Source: Candidatus Multivoradales bacterium (GTDB lineage Bacteria; Acidobacteriota; Thermoanaerobaculia; Multivoradales; J023). From it: DNA of 64,000 bases. Location of the stretch: positions 2,752,001 through 2,816,000 of the forward strand of contig CBDFLE010000006.1 in NCBI GenBank assembly GCA_965248925.1. Direction: 5' to 3'. Shown here one piece after another: positions 57,783 to 64,000 of this stretch (positions are counted from its first letter, which is position 1; each line of letters opens with the position of its first letter). Both the position numbers and the translations under genes were made by a program. The notes beneath the pieces are model-generated. The model did no database searches. It was not told where the DNA came from and worked only from the letters and a program-made list of their open reading frames with translations.

Positions 57783-60086
57783 TCAAAGCAGCCGCCGAAT
57801 GTTGACGAGTTCTTGGGCGGCTGCACCGCGGAGTTGTTCAGGCATCGGTTGATCTTGCAGCAGGCCGAGGGCTTCATGCGGGAAGCCGTATTGGCGCAGC
57901 ACTTGGGCGGCGTAGAGGCGGATGTCGGGGCGTTGCGGAGCTGCCTGGTGCCAACGGCGGAATAAGTCTGGGATCCAGCGATCAGCTAGTACCGGTTCGA
58001 CCGCGCCACGGCGACTGACGGTTTCCAGGTAAAGCCGACCGCCGTCTTCGAGTCGGCCCGCCGCGCCGAGGGCGGCCGCTAGGTAGATCTTGGCCCGGCG
58101 CACCTTTGGCAGGCGTCGGGTGACAAAACGCAGGGCGGCGACGGCTTCGCTGGCGCGATTGTTCTCGAGCATTGCCAGGCCGAGCAGATATTGCCCATCG
58201 ACAACACTCCAATAGCGCTGCAACTCAGTCGCGTACCGCCCTTCGCCCAGAGCGATGAGCTCGGCCAGCAGGAAGGACTCTCCCGGATTCTCTTCCAGGC
58301 TATGTCGCAAGATGCCGAGAGCACCCTGGAGATCACCATTTTGCAGGCTGGCTCGGGCCAGGTAGAGACCGGTGGTGGACGATTGGTGACCACGTCTGTA
58401 AACCGCTCGGGTGGGGCTAGACGCCGCCGTCAGTAGATCCCATGCCAGAGCTGGCTGTGCGGTTCGCAGGGCCAAGACGGCTTGATCGAAACGTAGCGAT
58501 AGGCTCTGTTCGGGACATTCGCTGAGCCAGGTCAGCACCTTTTGGTCGATGCTGGCCTCTTCTTGCAGCAAGAATGCCGGTCGCATGCGTTCATGGTGCC
58601 AGGGTGCCCTGGCCAGGGCTTCGATAGCGAGTTCTCCATGCTGCGACACAGGTGCCGTGGTGTTCAATTCGCCGAGTTGTCGCAACAGTTCCGTCGCGCG
58701 CGCGATCCCCCGCTCCTGGTAAAGCACATCGCGGATCAGCGGACTGGGTAGTGACAATGCCGCTACTGCCGCCGCGATTCCCAAGCCAACAGCCAGCGCC
58801 TGGCGCCGTCGGGCGGCTGCCAACCAAGAGATCGCTGGCGCCGCCAGCACCGTTGCCACGGCCAAGAGTGGCAACCGCTGGCGGGCGGAGACATAGAACA
58901 CCACCATCACCGCGAGTTGCACCATCGCCACCCCCAGCAGTGGCCACCAATGCCGCCAGCGCCGTCGTGACACCACCACCCCCAGGATTGCCAAGGACAC
59001 GAAGAGCGGAAAAGGAATGGCGGGCGTGTGTATCGCCAGGTCCATTCGCCAGGCGGTCGGCAGGTCGTGAAAACGAAAACTGTGCAGCGCCAGCCAGAGC
59101 TTGTGGGACCATAGCCCCAAAGCGTGTCCAGGTTGGTCGAGTAAGAAACGTCGCGCCAACTGGGACCAATAGGCATTGACCTGACGCACCGAAAGCTGTT
59201 GGTTGGTGCTGACTCTGGCAAAGTCGCGGTAGAGCTGGTGCGGCGCATCGGGTTGCTCGCGGCTAGAGTCGAGTGCCGCCGACACCAACGGTGGATAGAC
59301 CGCGCTGGTGCCCCGCGACAGTGGGTTGTTACCTTCGAAGAACACCGTTCCGGGGTTCATCACCGGGGTACGAAAGTCACCCACCAAATAGGCGCTGCGC
59401 GCCGCCATCAGCCCGATGCCGAGGAGTATCGGCAGCAGGAACAGAAGTGGCGGGCGTAGCCGTCTTCGGTCCAGTCCCAGCTGGCCTTGTCCGAGAGGGC
59501 GCCGTCCGAGCCAGAGAAACAACAGGGTGAGGACGAACACTGGCAGCAAGGTGGGGCGGTTGGCCAGGCTGAGAGCAGCCAATACTCCAGCGCCCAGTGC
59601 TGGCCAGCTGGCGGCATGGTCGCGAGCGAGCTCCAGCGCTACCAGAAAGCCCAGTAGCAGAGCCAGTTGGCAGATTTCCGGCTCCAGGACCCGAGCGTAG
59701 ATCACCAGGTGGCGATCGATCGCAAAGAGGCCCACCAGGAGGGCGGCCACCCGGTGGCTAGCGTGGCGTCGAATCAGCCAATAGAGCGCTCCACATACCA
59801 GCGCCACCAGCAGGATCTGCAGACCTTCGATCACGGTGCTGGCGGCGCTGCCAAACCACGAGTTGGCCAGCCGGTGCAAGGACAGGTAGAGAGGGCTGAA
59901 GTCCAATAGCCTTTCGGCGCTTAGCTGACCCGCCCGCCAAAACTCCGCGGCGGCGGGGTATTTGCCAAACTTGAGCACCGGGATCCACCAGGCCAAGGAG
60001 GCATGTAAGAGCAAGGCTGCCAAGGTGGCGAGCAAAGGCCCGGGCAGGGCCCGCGGCTCTTGGGTTAGCGTCGGGCTGGAGTTCAT
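57783..60086 (-). CDS. ArnT/GT39-like (GT-C) membrane glycosyltransferase with a C-terminal TPR-like domain
   Basis: Multi-TM, SPLY, VLEPE, LANRP, NPGTVFFEGNNP, FYVSARQRLP; ATG 60086 coupled to the upstream stop. Confidence 0.75.
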   Translation of the reverse strand: MNSSPTLTQEPRALPGPLLATLAALLLHASLAWWIPVLKFGKYPAAAEFWRAGQLSAERLLDFSPLYLSLHRLANSWFGSAASTVIEGLQILLVALVCGALYWLIRRHASHRVAALLVGLFAIDRHLVIYARVLEPEICQLALLLGFLVALELARDHAASWPALGAGVLAALSLANRPTLLPVFVLTLLFLWLGRRPLGQGQLGLDRRRLRPPLLFLLPILLGIGLMAARSAYLVGDFRTPVMNPGTVFFEGNNPLSRGTSAVYPPLVSAALDSSREQPDAPHQLYRDFARVSTNQQLSVRQVNAYWSQLARRFLLDQPGHALGLWSHKLWLALHSFRFHDLPTAWRMDLAIHTPAIPFPLFVSLAILGVVVSRRRWRHWWPLLGVAMVQLAVMVVFYVSARQRLPLLAVATVLAAPAISWLAAARRRQALAVGLGIAAAVAALSLPSPLIRDVLYQERGIARATELLRQLGELNTTAPVSQHGELAIEALARAPWHHERMRPAFLLQEEASIDQKVLTWLSECPEQSLSLRFDQAVLALRTAQPALAWDLLTAASSPTRAVYRRGHQSSTTGLYLARASLQNGDLQGALGILRHSLEENPGESFLLAELIALGEGRYATELQRYWSVVDGQYLLGLAMLENNRASEAVAALRFVTRRLPKVRRAKIYLAAALGAAGRLEDGGRLYLETVSRRGAVEPVLADRWIPDLFRRWHQAAPQRPDIRLYAAQVLRQYGFPHEALGLLQDQPMPEQLRGAAAQELVNIRRLL

Positions 60087-62413
60087 GGGGTAGCAGTCTT
60101 GCCCCGGGGGCGGCCTGACTCCAACAAGAGCAGCCCGAGCAAGGCCGCGACCGCGGCCGCGACCGACAGCCGCAAAGACTGGTCTGCAACCCACAGCCGT
60201 ATCTGATGCTCTCCGGCGGGTACCTTGACCGCCATGCGGTGGATGTCGGCGACTTCGATCTGGGCTGGCCGGCCGTCGATGGTGGCCCGCCAGATCGGTA
60301 GATAAGTCTTTTGTACGACCAAGGTGCCGCCCTGCTCAGAGCGCACCGTGGCCCGCAGGTGCTGGACCTCGTTTTCGCTCACCTGCACCGCCAACGCGGC
60401 GGGGTCGCCCGCAGGCTCTCCCGGAGCGCCGGGAAGTACCACCGCTAGCCGTGGGTCGAAGGCGGGATTGGCCAGTCGAGTCAGGGCCGCGGTCATGTCC
60501 GGTGCGGAGTGCACCTGGCCGACGAAACGAATGGGCGGAACCGCGTTGGGCAGTCGATAGACTCGAACCGTGTGGTCCACCTCTCGTTGCTCGGCCACCA
60601 ACTCGACGCGCTGCAAGGCGCGCGGGTCGAGCTGTCGGTCGAGGATCAGGGTGTTGACCCCGGAGGCCTCCAGAACCCGCACCCTGGCGTCGTCGTCGAG
60701 GCGTTTCATGGCTTGGACCAAGGCCACGGTGAAAAACGAATCGAGGCCCTCTGGAGAGTGGTTAAACTCGTAGCGTAGCCCCCAGCGGGTGCCGGAGAAG
60801 GGATATAGCTCGGCGAAATAGCGGCGCTCCAACCACAGTCCACGCAGATCTGGGAACAACTCGCGGACCGCGCCGCGGCGCGGCCCGAACAGGCTGCTGG
60901 TGCCGCCATGGACTATCTGATCGCTGGCCGAAACGTGTTCGAGCAGAGCCGGTTGTTCAGCATATGGAAAGGCGCTATCCTCTTCGTAGAGCGGCTTCAA
61001 CAGATAAATCTGAGAGCCGACGTGAAGCGCCAACAAGAGGGCCCCCATCAAGCGCCGCCCGCGGTGTTCTAGGGTCAATACGGCAGCCCCTAGAGCGAGA
61101 ATTCCCAGGCTCGCCAGGCACAGCCAAGTCCAGCGCTGAATCTCCTCTGAAAGCATCACTCGCAGCAGGTCCGGAGCCACCCTTTGCAGCGCTGAAGTGA
61201 GCCGCCCTGTGCCCAGGACCAGCACCGCCAAGCCGGCCACAAAGGGCAGCGCCAGCAGAGCCAACAAGCGCTGCAAGCTCTGTCCACCGGTCCTCAACAA
61301 GCGCTCAAAACCGACTCCCGCCAACAACGCCGTGCCCACCGCCACCAATAACCAGAATTTCACCGGGTAGCGCAGCAGCGAGGTACCAGGAAGTCCGTAG
61401 AGCCAGCGCACCAGCGGATTCCAGGCACCGAGCGCCAGCAGCAGGCCGCCGAGGGCCACTAGCCAAGCCCAAAACTGCTCGCTGCGTCGGGGTCGACCCG
61501 AATACAGCAGCAGGCCGAGCGCCAGCAAACCGGGATAGAGGGAGAAAAATAGAGGCGCATTGCCGCCATTGAGGCCCTGTCCCCAAAACCCCAGATTAGG
61601 TTCGCCGAAGACCATCGGCAGCAACAGCTCCAATGAGCTGCGGGGGTCCCAGCTCTGAGCCAGAGCAGCATTGATGGTGTAGCGCCAATAACCGCGGAAC
61701 GAAAGCTCCAAGATGCTCCAGGTAGCAACGATCTGCGGTGCTGCGATCAAGGTGCCAAGGGCAAAAGCGACCGGTAGCCGCCACCATTTAAGCGGTGGCC
61801 GACGGAAGCGCACGATGGCGGCGGTCAAGGCCAGACCGAAGGCCATCAAGGCCAGGAACGGGTCGCCGCCGAGCACCAGTAGCGTCCACAAGCCGCCACT
61901 GATCAGCCAGCGCCGGGGCTTGCCTCTCCATGCCTCCATGACCGCGGCGCTCAATGCCGGAGCCAAGGTGGTGCCGACCATCAAATTGTACAAGTTGAGC
62001 TGCGACAAGTAGTGGCCGCTGGTGGCGTAGATCGCCCCTGCTGCCCAGGCCGCTGGCCGGCTCAGCCCCCAAGCCCGACCAAACCAATAGAAGGCCAGCG
62101 GCGCCAGCAGCCAATGCAGCCAGAAATGGGCGTTGAGGGTCCACAGCGGTGATGCCACCCGCAGCAATAAGCTGGTGGGATAGAGCGGAGCGCCGTTCAG
62201 GTTGCCCAGCAATGGCTGGCCGCCGGCGCGAAACGGATCCACCTGCGCCAGCTCGCCCCGACCCATCATCTCTGCCTGGGCACACTTCAGCGGATAGTGA
62301 GAATGTAGAACGTCTCTTTGGTAGAGCGTGCCGACGCCGAGCACCAATGGCAACACCGCCGCGCCGATCAGCAGCAGGGTCGGGGTGACGTAGAAGAGGC
62401 CAAAACGCTTCAT
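60083..62413 (-). CDS. YfhO-family (GT-C) membrane protein
   Basis: DPFRAGGQPLLGN...PLYP, multi-TM, LRYPVKF, C-terminal GTLVV...YLPIWRATIDG....I......MAV.VPAGEH.I. Confidence 0.8.
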   Translation of the reverse strand: MKRFGLFYVTPTLLLIGAAVLPLVLGVGTLYQRDVLHSHYPLKCAQAEMMGRGELAQVDPFRAGGQPLLGNLNGAPLYPTSLLLRVASPLWTLNAHFWLHWLLAPLAFYWFGRAWGLSRPAAWAAGAIYATSGHYLSQLNLYNLMVGTTLAPALSAAVMEAWRGKPRRWLISGGLWTLLVLGGDPFLALMAFGLALTAAIVRFRRPPLKWWRLPVAFALGTLIAAPQIVATWSILELSFRGYWRYTINAALAQSWDPRSSLELLLPMVFGEPNLGFWGQGLNGGNAPLFFSLYPGLLALGLLLYSGRPRRSEQFWAWLVALGGLLLALGAWNPLVRWLYGLPGTSLLRYPVKFWLLVAVGTALLAGVGFERLLRTGGQSLQRLLALLALPFVAGLAVLVLGTGRLTSALQRVAPDLLRVMLSEEIQRWTWLCLASLGILALGAAVLTLEHRGRRLMGALLLALHVGSQIYLLKPLYEEDSAFPYAEQPALLEHVSASDQIVHGGTSSLFGPRRGAVRELFPDLRGLWLERRYFAELYPFSGTRWGLRYEFNHSPEGLDSFFTVALVQAMKRLDDDARVRVLEASGVNTLILDRQLDPRALQRVELVAEQREVDHTVRVYRLPNAVPPIRFVGQVHSAPDMTAALTRLANPAFDPRLAVVLPGAPGEPAGDPAALAVQVSENEVQHLRATVRSEQGGTLVVQKTYLPIWRATIDGRPAQIEVADIHRMAVKVPAGEHQIRLWVADQSLRLSVAAAVAALLGLLLLESGRPRGKTATP

Positions 62414-62517
62414 CGATGGCGGGATCAGGCCAGACCAGCGGACGTCAGGTCCGGATCGGCTGAAAAACCTTAGCACTGTCAGCACGGGCAGCGGAGGAGA
62501 ACCCTATAATAGCCGGC

Positions 62518-63390
62518 ATGTCGATGGCTTTGCTGCGTGCAATACGGCCCATTCAGTGGGTCAAGAACGGGTTTGTGCTGGCGCCTGTGGTCTTTGCCCA
62601 CCAGCTGGACGAGCCCGAGGTCTTAGGGCGCGCCGCGCTCGCTTTTGCGGCCTTCTGTGCCGCCGCCAGTGCTGTATACCTGTTCAACGATCTTCGCGAT
62701 CGTGAGGACGACCGCCGGCATCCGCTGAAGCGCAGCCGGCCGATTGCCCGTGGCGACCTCGGAGTTCCGCTGGCGTGGGTCGCGGCGGTTTTGCTCGCCG
62801 GCGCGGCTCTGGCAGCTTCGGTTCCTTTGGGACGGGGCTTCGGCGGCTTGCTGGCTCTCTACCTGGGCATCAATCTGCTCTACAGCAGCTGGTTGAAACG
62901 TCTGGTGATCATCGACGTAATGCTGGTCGCGGTGGGTTACGTCATCCGCGTGGAAGCCGGTGCCGCGGCGGTGGGGGTGGCGTTATCCAGCTGGTTGTTG
63001 CTTTGCACCATCTTCTTGGCCCTCTTTCTGATTTTCTCCAAGCGTCGCCACGAACTCCTGCTGTTGGCTGAAGAGGCCGGCGATCACCGGGCGGTTCTCG
63101 ATCATTACAGCCCGACCTTTCTCGACCAGATGATCAACGTGGTGACCGCTTCGACGGTGGTTTCCTATGCCCTCTACGTCGTCGATCCGGAGACCATCTC
63201 CCGCTTCGGCTCCGAGCGATTGGTCTACACCGTGCCGCTGGTCCTGTACGGCATCTTCCGCTACCTCTACTTGGTGTATCAGCGGCCGCGGCGGCGTAAT
63301 CCGACCGAGGCCGTGTTGAAAGACCTGCCGTCGGTTATCAATGTCTTGGTCTGGGGATTGGCAGTGCTGTGGATCGTCTACGGCGGCTAG
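62518..63390 (+). CDS. UbiA-family decaprenyl-phosphate phosphoribosyltransferase-like protein
   Basis: RP.QWVKN..V.AP..F, YLFNDLRDREDDRRHPLKRSRPIARG, YSSWLK...IIDV, KRRHEL, YGIFRY. Confidence 0.88.
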   Translation: MSMALLRAIRPIQWVKNGFVLAPVVFAHQLDEPEVLGRAALAFAAFCAAASAVYLFNDLRDREDDRRHPLKRSRPIARGDLGVPLAWVAAVLLAGAALAASVPLGRGFGGLLALYLGINLLYSSWLKRLVIIDVMLVAVGYVIRVEAGAAAVGVALSSWLLLCTIFLALFLIFSKRRHELLLLAEEAGDHRAVLDHYSPTFLDQMINVVTASTVVSYALYVVDPETISRFGSERLVYTVPLVLYGIFRYLYLVYQRPRRRNPTEAVLKDLPSVINVLVWGLAVLWIVYGG

Positions 63391-63402
63391 CCGAGGGCGT
63401 AG

Positions 63403-63756
63403 ATGACGGCAGCCGAAGCACAGCAACGCATCTTGGCCTGCTTCAAGCAGGAAATACGCCAGCGTCGGGGTCGGATCGGTGAACTCGAAGATCGTCTGGG
63501 GCGTTACCGGGGTTATCTCGCCAAAGTTTGCTCGGGGCGGTATCCAATATCCCTCGGCCAGCTGCTCGAAACCCTCGAGCTGATGGAAGTAGATCCGGCC
63601 GACTTCTTTGGCCGAGCACTCGATCTGGTGATCGATGTAGGCCAACTGTTGCGCGAGGTGGCAGGCGATAGCCAGGGCGATCCGGAGCTGGACGAGATTC
63701 TGCGCGCCAGCGACCAGCTTGATCAACAACGGCAGGCGTCATTGGATAACGACTGA
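63403..63756 (+). CDS. XRE/Cro-like helix-turn-helix protein
   Basis: IGELEDRLGRYRGYLAKVCSGRYPISLGQLLETLELMEVDPADFF resembles an XRE HTH plus the following helix. Confidence 0.6.
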   Translation: MTAAEAQQRILACFKQEIRQRRGRIGELEDRLGRYRGYLAKVCSGRYPISLGQLLETLELMEVDPADFFGRALDLVIDVGQLLREVAGDSQGDPELDEILRASDQLDQQRQASLDND

Positions 63757-63765
63757 AGGGGCCCC

Positions 63766-64000
63766 TCAGATTGGCGGCCGATAGCGATAGATGCTCATCA
63801 CGGGTGCCCCTTCGAGTCGCCAGACAACCTCTGGTTGCAGTCGTGCTTTGCAGTCGCGGACCAGCGCGTTCTCCCAATCGAGGCGCTCGACGAACATTAC
63901 ATACAAAGGCCGCAGGCGAGCAGCCTCCAGGGTCTTGGCCAGTCGGTCGGCTGCGATACGCGGTGAGAACGGGGTGGTGATCGGCAGCAAGAACAGGTCC
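63766..64000 (-). CDS. C-terminal fragment of a gene running off the window end
   Basis: Frame is open to the window edge and ends ...GAPVMSIYRYRPPI; product unknown. Confidence 0.5.
   Translation of the reverse strand, partial: DLFLLPITTPFSPRIAADRLAKTLEAARLRPLYVMFVERLDWENALVRDCKARLQPEVVWRLEGAPVMSIYRYRPPI

Overview
GC-rich bacterial chromosome segment. Gene content (Oar-type TonB receptor, CRTAC1/TPR pair, bsh genes, T2SS/T4P-like cluster with a TPR-bearing secretin) suggests Acidobacteriota, possibly Thermoanaerobaculia; this is inference. Most of the window is housekeeping: pckA, pdxA, hfq-like, ricT, purD, mtnA, tmRNA, dusB, bshC/bshB1 with a methyltransferase, accC/accB-like, waaA/lpxK, an ECF sigma with a T2SS/type IV pilus-like operon, dut, acnA, a queuosine salvage operon (yhhQ-tgt-qng1) and GT-C glycosyltransferases with a UbiA-family gene. 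Three accessory patches stand out. (1) A ~6.5 kb island next to the tmRNA 3' end carries an AraC-HTH/TPR-like regulator, a divergent operon (STN lipoprotein, an unannotated secreted Cys micropeptide with an in-frame TAG, a beta-propeller protein), repeated TGCACATCCG boxes and two His-less PCD/DCoH-like proteins. (2) A 1.3 kb Schlafen/AlbA_2 islet is flanked by an exact 13-bp direct repeat that duplicates the dusB -10 box. (3) A small degenerate islet lies at 22.9-24.3 kb. A candidate sRNA lies between acnA and yhhQ. All family calls come from motif recognition by eye; no searches were run.
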